A DNA stretch of 64,000 bases from Candidatus Hadarchaeum sp. (GCF_038871235.1 NZ_JAVZIN010000003.1:54744-118743); one strand, 5' to 3'. Shown: positions 1-10,104, counted from the first letter of the stretch. Notes: generated by a model from the sequence alone, not told the origin. Numbers and translations are program-made.

Positions 1-194
1 TGATAGTGGGAGGCGTGTTTGCATTCTACAACTACGTTGGCGATCTGTTTGGCATTGAAGTGCCCAGGCCTTGGCCTGAGTATCCGTTTTACCTTCCTGT
101 TGGTATCCTGCTGTCAGCGATCGCCTTTATCTTAGTTTCCTTGGCCACAAAACCACAGCCTGAAAAGTTTAAGGCGTTAAAACCGAGTGATTAA
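1..194 (+). CDS. C-terminal fragment of a membrane transporter, probably Na+/solute symporter family; truncated by the window edge
   Basis: Frame is open from the window start. Ends in a hydrophobic helix followed by 'VSLATKP', typical of SSS-family C-termini. Confidence 0.5.
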   Translation, partial: IVGGVFAFYNYVGDLFGIEVPRPWPEYPFYLPVGILLSAIAFILVSLATKPQPEKFKALKPSD

Positions 195-196
195 AG

Positions 197-2047
197 ATGG
201 CTCCAGCTCCCTGCTACTGCGGGAAGATTCTGGAGGTCGATTTGTCTAGTATCAATATTGTTAAGCGTTCGGTGGATCCAAATGTGGTAAGGAAGCTGGT
301 GGGTGGTAAAGGTCTGGCTGCTTGGTTGCTGTATAAAATGGTTAAGCCAGGGATTGATCCATTTGACGAACAGAATGTGCTGATTTTTGCTACCGGTCCA
401 CTGACGGGCACCATAGCCCCTTCACAGAGGGGATTGGTCTGTGCCAAGTCCCCGCTGACGGGAACTTTTTCTGATTCCTATTTCGGCGGCCACTTCATCC
501 AAGAGCTCAAATACGCTGGTTATGATGCTCTGGTGGTGAAGGGAAGAGCGGAGAGGTTGAGCTATCTTTGGATCGACGATGATCACGTTGAGGTAAAGGA
601 CGCCACTACTTTGAAGGGACAGGATACTACTCAGACCAACGTTTCTATTAAGCGGGAACTGGGGGATTCCCGGGTCAAGGTGGCCTGTATTGGTCCGGCG
701 GGCGAGAAAAAGGTGAGGTTTGCTCTGATCGACTGTGATGTCAAGAGACAAGCGGGCCGTGGCGGTCTTGGGGCGGTGATGGGATCAAAGAACCTTAAAG
801 CCGTGGCCATCCGCGGCACGGGCCCCGTTGAGGTGGCGAGGCCTCAAGAGTTCTTCGAAATAGCGAAAAAGTTCCACCGCATTTTAATCGAAAGCGAGGC
901 CGTGCAGGCGGTGTGGAGCCGGTACGGTACGGCGGGGTCGGTTGAGTTCTCCAACATGCAGGGCTTCTTCCCGACCAAGAACTTCCAAGATGGACATATC
1001 GAGAATGGTGAAAGGCTCTCAGGACTTTCGCAGAGCAAGCTGCTCTGGCTGAGGCGGGCGGCCTGCTTCTCCTGTCCGATCATCTGCTCCGCCATCTCAG
1101 TTATCAGAAATGGTCCTTACAGCGGCACGGTGTTGGACGGCATAGAGTATGAGACCACAGGGCTACTGGGAGCCAACTGCGGACTCACCGACCCAGAGGT
1201 GGTCGCCTACGCCAACCACCTCTGTGATGAGCTCGGTCTGGACACCATCACTGCTGGTGGCGTGATCGGTTTCACCATGGAACTGTTCGAGAGAAGGATC
1301 TGGAGACACCCAGAGCTGGAGGCGCTGAGACTGAGATTTGGCAACGCTGAGGCAGTGCTCGAGCTGATTAGTAAGATAGCCTACCGTGAAGGAGTTGGTG
1401 ATTTGCTGGCTGAGGGGGTGAAGCTAGTCGCGGAGAAGGTTGGAGGAAGTGCTAAGGATTACGCTATACACATCAAAGGATTGGAGACCCCAGCTTGGCC
1501 ACCCCGAGGTTCTCCAGGGATGGGGCTAGCACTAGCGACTGCTGACAGAGGCGGTTGTCACGAGAGAGGATGGCCGGTGGGCTATGAAGTTGAGGGAATT
1601 CCCGGGCCTTCTGGTCCGGTGGAGCGTCTGTCGCTCCAAGGTAAGGCCGAGATAGTAAAGTGGGAGCAGGACTGGTTTGCTGCGGTTGACACCTTGGTTG
1701 GCTGCGATTTCAGCCGAACCGGACTCACGCCGGAGCATTCAGCACAACTTCTTTCTGCAGCCACTGGATGGGACATCAGTGCTGACGAATTCCTGAGAAT
1801 TGGTGAGCGAGTTTGGAACTTAACACGAATGTTTAATGTCCGCGAGGGCTTCACACGGAAGGATGATGACCTGCCTAGACGATTTAAGGAGGAGCCGCTA
1901 CCCTTCGGACCAGCAAAAGGGCACATGGTCAGTTCCAGCGATCTGAACCGGATGCTTGATGATTATTACAAGTTAAGGAAATGGGACTCGAACGGAGTGC
2001 CGACAAAGGAGAAGCTGGCGGAGCTGGGCCTTGAGGAGTTCCTGTGA
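197..2047 (+). CDS. aor: Tungsten-dependent aldehyde:ferredoxin oxidoreductase family protein
   Basis: Motifs KSPLTG, GRGGLGAVMGSKNLKA, CFSCPIIC, EYET, CDELGLDTI and IGERVWNLTRMFN. Confidence 0.93.
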   Translation: MAPAPCYCGKILEVDLSSINIVKRSVDPNVVRKLVGGKGLAAWLLYKMVKPGIDPFDEQNVLIFATGPLTGTIAPSQRGLVCAKSPLTGTFSDSYFGGHFIQELKYAGYDALVVKGRAERLSYLWIDDDHVEVKDATTLKGQDTTQTNVSIKRELGDSRVKVACIGPAGEKKVRFALIDCDVKRQAGRGGLGAVMGSKNLKAVAIRGTGPVEVARPQEFFEIAKKFHRILIESEAVQAVWSRYGTAGSVEFSNMQGFFPTKNFQDGHIENGERLSGLSQSKLLWLRRAACFSCPIICSAISVIRNGPYSGTVLDGIEYETTGLLGANCGLTDPEVVAYANHLCDELGLDTITAGGVIGFTMELFERRIWRHPELEALRLRFGNAEAVLELISKIAYREGVGDLLAEGVKLVAEKVGGSAKDYAIHIKGLETPAWPPRGSPGMGLALATADRGGCHERGWPVGYEVEGIPGPSGPVERLSLQGKAEIVKWEQDWFAAVDTLVGCDFSRTGLTPEHSAQLLSAATGWDISADEFLRIGERVWNLTRMFNVREGFTRKDDDLPRRFKEEPLPFGPAKGHMVSSSDLNRMLDDYYKLRKWDSNGVPTKEKLAELGLEEFL

Positions 2048-2057
2048 GGTAGGTCCT

Positions 2058-2468
2058 ATGCCAATCAAGCTGGAAATTCACCCGGAAAAATGCGTTGGCT
2101 GCAGGTCATGTGAGCTGGCTTGTTCCTTCAAAAAGACCGGCGTGTTTAGCCCGAGTCAGTCGCGGATATCGGTCACGATCAGCAACCCTCGGACAATAAT
2201 GTATCCTGTGGCCTGCATCCAGTGCGTCGAGCAGTCATGCGTCAAGGCCTGTCCGGTTGGGGCGCTAAGAAAAGACGAGGTCACCAACGCCATTGTCTTT
2301 GACCGCGATATCTGTACGGGCTGCGGCCTGTGTGTGAAAAGCTGTCCGTATTCAGCGATAAGGATGGATGAAAGGAGCAGAAAGCCCCTGATTTGCGATC
2401 TTTGCGGCGGTGATCCCGAGTGTGTAAAGTGGTGCCCCACTGCCGCTCTTGAAGCCAAAAGAGTTTGA
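2058..2468 (+). CDS. 4Fe-4S dicluster (DmsB/CooF-like) electron-transfer subunit partnering the AOR
   Basis: Cys motifs CVGCRSCELAC, CIQCVEQSCVKACP, CTGCGLCVKSCP and CDLCGGDPECVKWCP. Start moved to the ATG at 2058, after GAGGT. Confidence 0.9.
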   Translation: MPIKLEIHPEKCVGCRSCELACSFKKTGVFSPSQSRISVTISNPRTIMYPVACIQCVEQSCVKACPVGALRKDEVTNAIVFDRDICTGCGLCVKSCPYSAIRMDERSRKPLICDLCGGDPECVKWCPTAALEAKRV

Positions 2469-2494
2469 AGTTCTAGTTGTTCGCTCAGTCTAGT

Positions 2495-3703
2495 TCAGAT
2501 ATTTCCTTCCCAAATATCTCTTAGCAATGCCTTGATATTTTCTAGCGTAATTACTGCAGGATTGATATCGGGCAGTCCGTAGTTGTACTGTTGTTCCTTG
2601 GCGATGAAAGCGGCCAGTTCATCCAAGTCTTCACGTGGGACGTTTAACTCCTTCAGACTGATGGGCATGTTGAGGTCTAGGAGCAGCTCCTTGAGTCCCT
2701 CGACCACTTGAAGCGCTCTTTTTTTCACATCTTTCGCCGGTTCATCGGTGAAGAATTGTGCCAGCGAGGCGACCCTCTCCGGCCAAGCGGCGATATTGAA
2801 TTTAGTTATATAAGGCAGAACCAAGCCGCAGGCGGCTCCATGAGGTATGTGGTAACGGGGACCAATGGTTTCACCAAGACAGTGGCCAATGTTGACGGCA
2901 GCAGGTGTGGTTATCGCGATGCCTCCGTAGGTGGCTGCCAAGGCCATGCCTGCTCTCGCGACCAGATCTTTTCCGTGATGATAGGCCCTTCTCAGATGCC
3001 TAGCGGCGAGTTCCACAGCCCGGTAGGCGTAGGTGTCTGAGAACATGTTAGCCGTGAATGAAAGAACGGCCTCAACTCCATGGGAGAGGGCATCAAGTCC
3101 GGTGTGCGCAGTCAGTTTCGGTGGCATCGACTGAGAAAGAGTTGGGTCAACAATGGCTACTTCCGAGACGATTTTTGGACTCATCACGAAACCCTTGTAG
3201 CCCTTCTCTTCAATAACCACCGCGTAACCCGAGGCCTCGCTGCCGGTACCGGCGGTGGTGGGGATGAGTATCTTGGGGACTGGTTGCACCTTTATGCTGT
3301 CCTGAAGGTAGGTGATGTAGTCTTTCATTGGTCCCGGGTTGGTGACGGCAGCGGAGGCAAATTTAGCCATATCTAGAGCACTGCCGCCTCCAAAGCCGAT
3401 GACCAAGGCTGGCTTTTCGGCTCTAGCCTTTTCAGCAACCTTCTCCACCATGCTTATGGTGGGTTCTTGCGTGGCTTGGTCATAAACGGTCAGGGTGTAT
3501 TTTTCTTCCTCCAGTGGTTTTAGGATCCTGTTCACCAGCCCTATGTTGATTAGGTTCTTGTCGGTTACGATCAGGATTTTAGAACCCTTCAGAGCTAAGG
3601 GCTCTATTTCGCGGCAAATGTTATCAACCGCATTTGGTCCAAAGATATACTTTTTTGGGTAATTGAACTCCACATATCCAATATTTGAGATTTCCTCAGA
3701 CAT
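2495..3703 (-). CDS. Iron-containing alcohol dehydrogenase
   Basis: GGGSALDMAK, PTTAGTGSE, DALSHGVE, GHCLG and HG metal ligands. Confidence 0.92.
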   Translation of the reverse strand: MSEEISNIGYVEFNYPKKYIFGPNAVDNICREIEPLALKGSKILIVTDKNLINIGLVNRILKPLEEEKYTLTVYDQATQEPTISMVEKVAEKARAEKPALVIGFGGGSALDMAKFASAAVTNPGPMKDYITYLQDSIKVQPVPKILIPTTAGTGSEASGYAVVIEEKGYKGFVMSPKIVSEVAIVDPTLSQSMPPKLTAHTGLDALSHGVEAVLSFTANMFSDTYAYRAVELAARHLRRAYHHGKDLVARAGMALAATYGGIAITTPAAVNIGHCLGETIGPRYHIPHGAACGLVLPYITKFNIAAWPERVASLAQFFTDEPAKDVKKRALQVVEGLKELLLDLNMPISLKELNVPREDLDELAAFIAKEQQYNYGLPDINPAVITLENIKALLRDIWEGNI

Positions 3704-3768
3704 GGGTGAAGTTCACACGTTAGTAAATAAAAATGTTTTGTCCAAATTTTTTGAAATTTTTAATCGGA

Positions 3769-5151
3769 CTAAATAAGAACAGGCACGCCTAGATCTATTA
3801 TTTTCTTTTTCACGTTATTATACAGTTCAGTGTATTCTTTAGTTGGTACCACACGCTTGATGTCGTAACATTCTTGGAATTTTTTACCCAGCGGGGCGTC
3901 TTTGATCTTCCCCTCGTATTCTTTCAAGAGTTTCTTAGCTAACTCGTTTGTCTCATCCCTCTTTAATCCCGCCTTGGCTGCAGCGCGGCCTACCTCACAG
4001 GCCATTCTTGCTTCCACAGGGGTGGTCCTATCTTTGTATTTATTCCTTGCTGCAAAAAATTCCCAGAGGTTAGCACCGGAGACGGTGCTTACTAAACCAT
4101 GGGTGGCGGCCTCAAGGAGTACCATCTCTGTGCATGGTCCAGCAGCGCCGATACCGTTTGACATGCTAAGGAAGGGAGAATTTCTTGCTAAAGCTTGATA
4201 GACCAAGCTGATCATCCAAAGAAGATTTCTTGAGGTATTATTGAGTTGATTTATATCAAAGGGGAAAAACGTGTCGAGGTGTCCTTGATTCACCATTAAT
4301 CCCTGTAAATGAGTCGCCACGCTAACTATTGCTGTGCCTTCTACACCACCGGCATATCCGCCAACCATCGGACCAAATAATGACATGATGATGTATCCGC
4401 ATTTGTGGAAGTTGACCATTCTGTTAAGACCTCCCCAGTCGATCTTCAGTTCTGATATCGTTCCGACCATTCTGCCATCGGTAGTCCTAACGCCCCATTC
4501 GGGATTGCTCACAGAGATTTGGGCGGTGTCCGACAGCGCGGTTTGAACATCCGCCAAGTATATGTTTGGCCTGCCCACTCGCCTCACCGCTTCCCTTATC
4601 ATCAAGGCATGTGCTCCAGCTCCAGCAACATCAGTTGGTGCTTTTGACCTTACCTTTTCACCCCACAGTTCATCAAGCACTCCCGCCCCGACGCCATCCG
4701 CAAGCGGTTCCAGCGCGTAGGCCATTTCAACGATGGCGAAAAGTTCCTCGGAAAAAGGCAGGCTCGGGCTGAACACGCAAAAAGGTCTTCTTCTGTCTTC
4801 AATATCCCTGTGATATACTTCCCTTCTTTCCGTTCCAGATCCGACCACAATTTTTTCCGGAAAGCTGATCAAGGCTTCCTTTATCTCTTCTTCGGTAAAC
4901 ATGATTCTTCTGGAGGTCTCGAGGCACAGGGTCCCCGTGTGCAGGTAGAGTTCTAAGCCTGCCTTCCAGAGATCGTCTGCCAAGCTGTTGTCCGATGGAA
5001 TAATGGTTTCACCATCGAACTTTATATCATACTCCTTTATCAACTCCTTAATCTTTGGAAACAGTATTTTTGTATCGAAGTCTTTTTCCATACACAAGGG
5101 GCCGTTTTCAGATCTTCTTAAAACTTCAGGTATTCTCCAGGGTGGTGCCAT
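3769..5151 (-). CDS. MtmB-family (monomethylamine:corrinoid methyltransferase-like) protein without pyrrolysine
   Basis: LADDLWKAGLEL, ELKID, GGYAGGVEGTAIV, AGPCTEMVLLE and GKKFQECYD. No in-frame TAG. Confidence 0.9.
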   Translation of the reverse strand: MAPPWRIPEVLRRSENGPLCMEKDFDTKILFPKIKELIKEYDIKFDGETIIPSDNSLADDLWKAGLELYLHTGTLCLETSRRIMFTEEEIKEALISFPEKIVVGSGTERREVYHRDIEDRRRPFCVFSPSLPFSEELFAIVEMAYALEPLADGVGAGVLDELWGEKVRSKAPTDVAGAGAHALMIREAVRRVGRPNIYLADVQTALSDTAQISVSNPEWGVRTTDGRMVGTISELKIDWGGLNRMVNFHKCGYIIMSLFGPMVGGYAGGVEGTAIVSVATHLQGLMVNQGHLDTFFPFDINQLNNTSRNLLWMISLVYQALARNSPFLSMSNGIGAAGPCTEMVLLEAATHGLVSTVSGANLWEFFAARNKYKDRTTPVEARMACEVGRAAAKAGLKRDETNELAKKLLKEYEGKIKDAPLGKKFQECYDIKRVVPTKEYTELYNNVKKKIIDLGVPVLI

Positions 5152-5152
5152 T

Positions 5153-5815
5153 TCACGCTCCTCCTTTTAACATTAGTTCTTTAGCTATATTCACACCCTT
5201 AACGGCAGAATCCGCCCATCCATCAGCACCTATCTCCTCCGCCCACTCCTTAGTTACAGGTGCGCCCCCAATCAGAACGAGGAATTTCTCCTTCTGCGAG
5301 ATGCCCTTTAAGATTTCGATGACCTCCCTTTGGGAGGGCATGGATGTCGTCATTAGTGCCGATAGAGCGATGATGTCTGCTTTTGTTTCGTTTGCCCTTT
5401 TGACCACTTCTAGAGAGGGCACATCTCTTCCGAGATCGTAAACCTCAAATCCGTTTACTTTAAGGAGAAAAGCCACAATGTTTTTCCCAATATCGTGGAT
5501 GTCACCAGCAACTGTAGCGATTACCACCTTTCCGAATTTTCTTTCCGCGGCCATCAATTTTCTCTTTTCAATTTCTGACATTATCACGTCAGACGCAGCT
5601 TTCATGACATCCGCGATTAGCATTAGCTCAGGTAAAAATAGCTCTCCGTTTTCATATTTCTCTCCCAAAGTTTTCGCTATGGAAGCAAACTCATCAAAAA
5701 TTTTAGTTGGCTCAATATTTTTGTTTAAAATCTCTACAACAACAGACTTAGCGACATCTTCATTATACTCAAAGATACTTTGTCTCAGTTTTTCGAACAG
5801 TTCATCATTACTCAT
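5153..5815 (-). CDS. Methyltransferase cognate corrinoid protein (MtmC/MtbC-like)
   Basis: B12-binding motif DIHDIGKNIV with SALMTTS and GGAP. N-terminal cap domain ELFLPEL. Confidence 0.93.
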   Translation of the reverse strand: MSNDELFEKLRQSIFEYNEDVAKSVVVEILNKNIEPTKIFDEFASIAKTLGEKYENGELFLPELMLIADVMKAASDVIMSEIEKRKLMAAERKFGKVVIATVAGDIHDIGKNIVAFLLKVNGFEVYDLGRDVPSLEVVKRANETKADIIALSALMTTSMPSQREVIEILKGISQKEKFLVLIGGAPVTKEWAEEIGADGWADSAVKGVNIAKELMLKGGA

Positions 5816-7245
5816 TTCTTTCCCTTTGCGCCTGCTTTCTCAAGTTTACTGATTCCAACGTATAGAACGACAGATATTGCCATTCCTATTACTGCATTTT
5901 CAATCCAGTTGAATATGTAGATATATTCCAAATAGATGTAGATGATATAGGTTACTATAATCGAGATCAGCGCCCCGTTTCTCGTACCTCCCTCCTTCCA
6001 AAATAGTCTCAAAAATAGCGGCCCGGTTAGAACCGCAGCCAAGCCTGTTGAGCCAATGATCGCCAGATATGCAAGCAGCTCCGGTGGCCTAGTAATCACC
6101 CAAGTGAGGCTGCACAGAGCGAGAATTATCACCAATAATCTTGACACCCAGAACCGTGTACGGTCAGAAACTTTGTATTTTTCCCACACTGGTTTTAGCG
6201 CCGTTTCAAAATTTGCGCATGAAGCTATCAGATAGGAGTCCACGCTTGAAATTATTGCGTTTACAATACCAAGGGAGCCAAAGACCATAAGAGCCTCTGG
6301 CAAGTAGCGGCTAAACATTTCCGGCAAGGCTGTATCTGGATCGGCTAGTCCAGGTAAAACCACTCTTGCCGTTAGACCAACCAATACCGGAAAAGAGGTT
6401 AATAGTGTTAGCAAGGAAACAATTGTCGCTACGGTCGCTCTTCTTGTTGCAGGCATCTCGGCAACGGAGATATATTTCTGTGAGAATGACGGCGCAAATT
6501 GGAAGGCCGTATATGCGATCACGATAGCTACAAAGGTCCAAGGAACGGTGCTTGCATATGGCACTCCGGTTGTTGGATAGACCAGTTCAGGATCTATAGC
6601 AGCAGCTCTTTCAAAAAGAGGGCCGAAACCGCCGACTGCGGCAAAGATTATGTATATGCATAAAAAGCAAGCAGCAATCATCCATACTATTGAAACTACA
6701 TCGGTGTACATGACTGCTCTGAGACCGCCTTGCGTCACGTAGATTATGGTAATAATCATAAACACTAAAATGGCAAACAGAGTCGGAATTCCAAGCATTC
6801 TGGACAAAATTGCACCTGCGGCTTTAAATTGTGCAGTGACGAACATCATGTACATTATGAAAATAAGTGCAGCAACTAAAGCTCTTAAGGCGTTGCTATC
6901 TCCATGAGTGTAACCAATTAGGTCGCCGATTGACGTGGCTTTATATTTTGCGATCCAGCTCTTGTAATACGGCACGGCAAAATAGACGACTAAAAATATT
7001 CCCGGAATCCACGCTATTGGTGTGGATAATAGTTCGATGACTCCGTAAGAATATCCGACGCCAGGGGCCCCTATATAAGCCCACCCACTTGCGGAGGCAG
7101 CGGCAAGAGAGCAGGCAAACAAATAGGGTGATAATCTCCAGCCACCGGTAAAAAACTCCTCCCTCGTCATCGTTCTTCGCATCGCCAAAGTTCCCAGACC
7201 TATCATCAATATTATGAACGCTATTAAACCGATCCAAGCAATCAT
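5812..7245 (-). CDS. Sodium:solute symporter (PutP/SSS family)
   Basis: About 13 hydrophobic segments. Motifs SGWAYIGAPG, GGLRAVMYTD, DPDTALP and AIISSVDSYL. ATGA overlap with the corrinoid gene. Confidence 0.9.
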   Translation of the reverse strand: MIAWIGLIAFIILMIGLGTLAMRRTMTREEFFTGGWRLSPYLFACSLAAASASGWAYIGAPGVGYSYGVIELLSTPIAWIPGIFLVVYFAVPYYKSWIAKYKATSIGDLIGYTHGDSNALRALVAALIFIMYMMFVTAQFKAAGAILSRMLGIPTLFAILVFMIITIIYVTQGGLRAVMYTDVVSIVWMIAACFLCIYIIFAAVGGFGPLFERAAAIDPELVYPTTGVPYASTVPWTFVAIVIAYTAFQFAPSFSQKYISVAEMPATRRATVATIVSLLTLLTSFPVLVGLTARVVLPGLADPDTALPEMFSRYLPEALMVFGSLGIVNAIISSVDSYLIASCANFETALKPVWEKYKVSDRTRFWVSRLLVIILALCSLTWVITRPPELLAYLAIIGSTGLAAVLTGPLFLRLFWKEGGTRNGALISIIVTYIIYIYLEYIYIFNWIENAVIGMAISVVLYVGISKLEKAGAKGKK

Positions 7246-7257
7246 ATCAATTCACCC

Positions 7258-7431
7258 TTATTTTTTGCCTTCCTCCTGTTTTCTTGCGATGAGATAGCAG
7301 ATAACCCCCACCAAAAACCATACTGGAAAAGAGACCCAAATCGAAGCACCTATGGAAACAAAACTTGCGGTGACAAACACAATTATTATACCGATCAACG
7401 TAACAAGAAAGTACAACATTTCTTCTTTCAT
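7258..7431 (-). CDS. Small two-helix membrane protein, putative accessory subunit of the SSS transporter
   Basis: 57 aa with two hydrophobic helices, directly upstream of the symporter. Confidence 0.6.
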   Translation of the reverse strand: MKEEMLYFLVTLIGIIIVFVTASFVSIGASIWVSFPVWFLVGVICYLIARKQEEGKK

Positions 7432-7550
7432 CACTATCAATAAAAAAATTGAAAATCGATTTTTATAAAAAGTTTGGAATCACAGGTACTAAATTTTAAT
7501 TCTAACCTGAAATTCAAAAACGATTTTATTGATTCAAGAGAGGAAATTCG

Positions 7551-7736
7551 ATGTCAAAATTGGATGATATCCTTAGTGTATTTGATGATGGTAAAGTGCA
7601 TGGAGTAGAGGAGATCATCAAAAGATTTTCACTACCCGGTGATGTGGTTTTAAAGGTGCTTTATTTTTTAGCCGAGTTTGGGTTCATTAATTTTGATGGA
7701 ACCCAAGGAAAAAGTACGGACTTTTCTAAAAAATGA
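7551..7736 (+). CDS. Small winged-HTH-like protein
   Basis: Pattern DILSVFDDGKVHGVEEI...LYFLAEFGFI, preceded by a GAGG SD-like sequence. Confidence 0.55.
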   Translation: MSKLDDILSVFDDGKVHGVEEIIKRFSLPGDVVLKVLYFLAEFGFINFDGTQGKSTDFSKK

Positions 7737-7742
7737 TTTCTA

Positions 7743-8051
7743 TTAAAGCTGAAGAAGATTCTGAATTTCATTATATTTTTTCAAAAACTCATTTCCCTTC
7801 TCAGTGACCGACCATTTAATCGGGTGGGTTTTTTCAATCTTTATCAGCCCCATCCTAAGTAACTCATCCAGATATTTTTGGCATCGGTTGAAGTTCAGAT
7901 TGGCGCGGTAGACAATGTGGCTTTTTCTTGAGCAAGTTCCTATGGCATTTAAAATATCTACATATAAGGTGATTATATTTCTCCTTTTCCTATCGGAGTT
8001 GACCTCCTTCAATTTGCCCGCCTTCTCAGATGTGTTTCTGCTGGCACACAT
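7743..8051 (-). CDS. Archaeal winged-HTH transcriptional regulator (COG3432/HTH_45-like)
   Basis: RRNIITLYVDIL...KSHIVYRANLNFNRCQKYLDELLRMGLI...VTEKGNEFL. Confidence 0.82.
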   Translation of the reverse strand: MCASRNTSEKAGKLKEVNSDRKRRNIITLYVDILNAIGTCSRKSHIVYRANLNFNRCQKYLDELLRMGLIKIEKTHPIKWSVTEKGNEFLKKYNEIQNLLQL

Positions 8052-8146
8052 CCATGGTTGAGTTTACTTAGTGGTGTATAAAAAGGTAACAATCGACTGG
8101 CCCATTTGCAATTGGCCAATGCCTGAAGAAAAGAATTAACTTGGGT

Positions 8147-8557
8147 TCACCTGTGGTCGGAATCTAAATCTTTTTCAGGATTTGGTTTTAATTCAGACCC
8201 TTCTCCATGGACAACGATCTGCAGCTTTTTCTTCAGCTGCTCCCGGATCTGATCCATGATTAAAAAATCCGTCTCAATCCTCTTTTTCAGGGCTTGCATT
8301 TTTTTCTCCAGTCTTTCAAGTTCTTCCATTTCACGTTGAAGATTTTCTAAAGTTGAGCCCAGCCTTGCTAAGACATGTAACTGTTCGTAGGCGTCGCTAG
8401 GGTTGTTCAACATTCCACGTTTCGATGCATCCGCCATGTTGTCTTTTATCTGATTTAACAGTTTTTCCATCTTGGTTAGCTTTTCTTTGGGGATTATCAT
8501 TGAGTCTAGCGTTGTCGTAATCTCTGCCCACAGTTTAGCGATTTCCTCAGTGCCCAA
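8147..8557 (-). CDS. Hypothetical coiled-coil protein
   Basis: 136 aa ORF rich in L/E/K/Q heptads, divergent from the PadR gene. Confidence 0.55.
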   Translation of the reverse strand: MGTEEIAKLWAEITTTLDSMIIPKEKLTKMEKLLNQIKDNMADASKRGMLNNPSDAYEQLHVLARLGSTLENLQREMEELERLEKKMQALKKRIETDFLIMDQIREQLKKKLQIVVHGEGSELKPNPEKDLDSDHR

Positions 8558-8667
8558 CCGTGCACCCGAGAAGAAGACCCTAGGGCCCGAAAAAATGCTT
8601 TTCTTATTTTTAATCTATCTAATTTCGACACAAAAATTGATATATTTAGAAGGATGTTGATAGTACA

Positions 8668-9024
8668 GTGGTAAAGATGTCAGAGAGTTCTGGAAGAAAA
8701 GATGGCGCCGGTAGCAGCTTAGTTCATAAACTGGTCAAAAGTGAGCTGGAGTACCTCTTTTTGGCTTTGCTAATGAGGCGGCCGATGTGCGGCACCGACA
8801 TCATTAAGGAAATCCATGTAAAGTTCGGTCTGTTGCTCAGCCCAGGCACGGTTTATCCATTGTTACATGATTTGGAGACAAGAGGATTGATACAACATGA
8901 GCCGGGGACGAAGATAAAGATCTATAGTACGGTCAAAGGGATGAGGCAGAAAATCAAAGACATGTTGGAACAGCGAATCAGTGACCTGAAGCAGGTTATT
9001 GAATTTCTCCTGCAGGGCGAATGA
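8668..9024 (+). CDS. PadR-family transcriptional regulator
   Basis: RPMCGTDIIKEI...LSPGTVYPLLHDLETRGLI. Confidence 0.88.
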   Translation: MVKMSESSGRKDGAGSSLVHKLVKSELEYLFLALLMRRPMCGTDIIKEIHVKFGLLLSPGTVYPLLHDLETRGLIQHEPGTKIKIYSTVKGMRQKIKDMLEQRISDLKQVIEFLLQGE

Positions 9025-9042
9025 GATCAGGCATTTAGTCAA

Positions 9043-10014
9043 TCAGGTCCTTTGGATGGACTCAAGAAGATATCTCTGGGCGGCGATGAAATCATTTATC
9101 CTGCTCTCCGCCAGCGCTCGACCCTGCTCGGTGAGGACATAAATCTTGGACCGCATTGATTCTCCCTTCATTATCGTGACCAGACCCCGGGCCTCAAGTG
9201 AATAGAGAAGGGAGTAAACAGTTCCTTGGCTAAGCGAGGTGTAGTAGCGCTGGTAGATGGTCTTGATGACGTCATAGCCGCACATAGGGCGCTCGCTCAG
9301 CATAGAGAGTACAATGGTTTCCAGATGCCGCTTGACGAAGTGCTCTAGGGATTCCTTCGGGGCCAGCTCGAGTTCGGGGATTTCTCTTCGGGACCTGAAG
9401 TTCAGCGCTAGGGTGTTTGTTCCATCAACTGTGGAGATCATTACGTTCCTGTTAATTTCAAGCAGCGTTTTGATTTCCTCCTCATTTAGTGATTCTAGAT
9501 TGAACGCTACTATTGCCGTGCGCAAAATTGGCTGTCTTTTTCTCTCCTGCGGCGGCGTGAAGAACTCTTCCTTCCTAGCCATCAGTTCCTTCAGAAAAGT
9601 GAACGCTTTACCGAAACTGTGTCGGGTGAGAAGGGCACCGAAATCTACCAAGACTCTGGCTGCGCATTTTTCGGAGCGGGACCTAGCGCACAGCTCTTTC
9701 AGCTTTTCACCCAGCTCCTCGATTTCCTTGGGAAGATATCCCTTGCCCAATGGGAACTTCAACAGCCTGCCACTGGACAGGGCCTCGCCGAAGATCGTCT
9801 CCAGCTGCAGCTTATTGTTTGACTCGTCGTACGCGTAGAGGCAGGTTTCGCCATTAGCTAGGCCGCTGTCAATGAAGGAGCCAAAAGACCGCCAGACATC
9901 CACCCCTGGGCTGTAAAGGAGCAGCGAGCATTCGTTGACCAAGAGTTCGTTGACTAGTAGCACCTTTTTATCGAGCGGAATCGTGGCTGCGTTCCTAGGT
10001 ATCGCCATAACCAC
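9043..10014 (-). CDS. MEDS-like sensory domain fused to a C-terminal PadR DNA-binding domain
   Basis: N-terminal SLLLY...FIDSGLANGETCLY resembles the MEDS signature. C-terminal PMCGYDVIKTI...SQGTVYSLLYSLEARGLV...YVLTEQG is PadR. Confidence 0.75.
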   Translation of the reverse strand: MVMAIPRNAATIPLDKKVLLVNELLVNECSLLLYSPGVDVWRSFGSFIDSGLANGETCLYAYDESNNKLQLETIFGEALSSGRLLKFPLGKGYLPKEIEELGEKLKELCARSRSEKCAARVLVDFGALLTRHSFGKAFTFLKELMARKEEFFTPPQERKRQPILRTAIVAFNLESLNEEEIKTLLEINRNVMISTVDGTNTLALNFRSRREIPELELAPKESLEHFVKRHLETIVLSMLSERPMCGYDVIKTIYQRYYTSLSQGTVYSLLYSLEARGLVTIMKGESMRSKIYVLTEQGRALAESRINDFIAAQRYLLESIQRT

Positions 10015-10104
10015 CCACCTGCCTTTTCCGATTGGTCATCGTGATTTTCCCTTCCTTATTAAACCCAGTCTCTGTCTTGACGTTTAAGCTGTTTGAAAGT
10101 CTCA

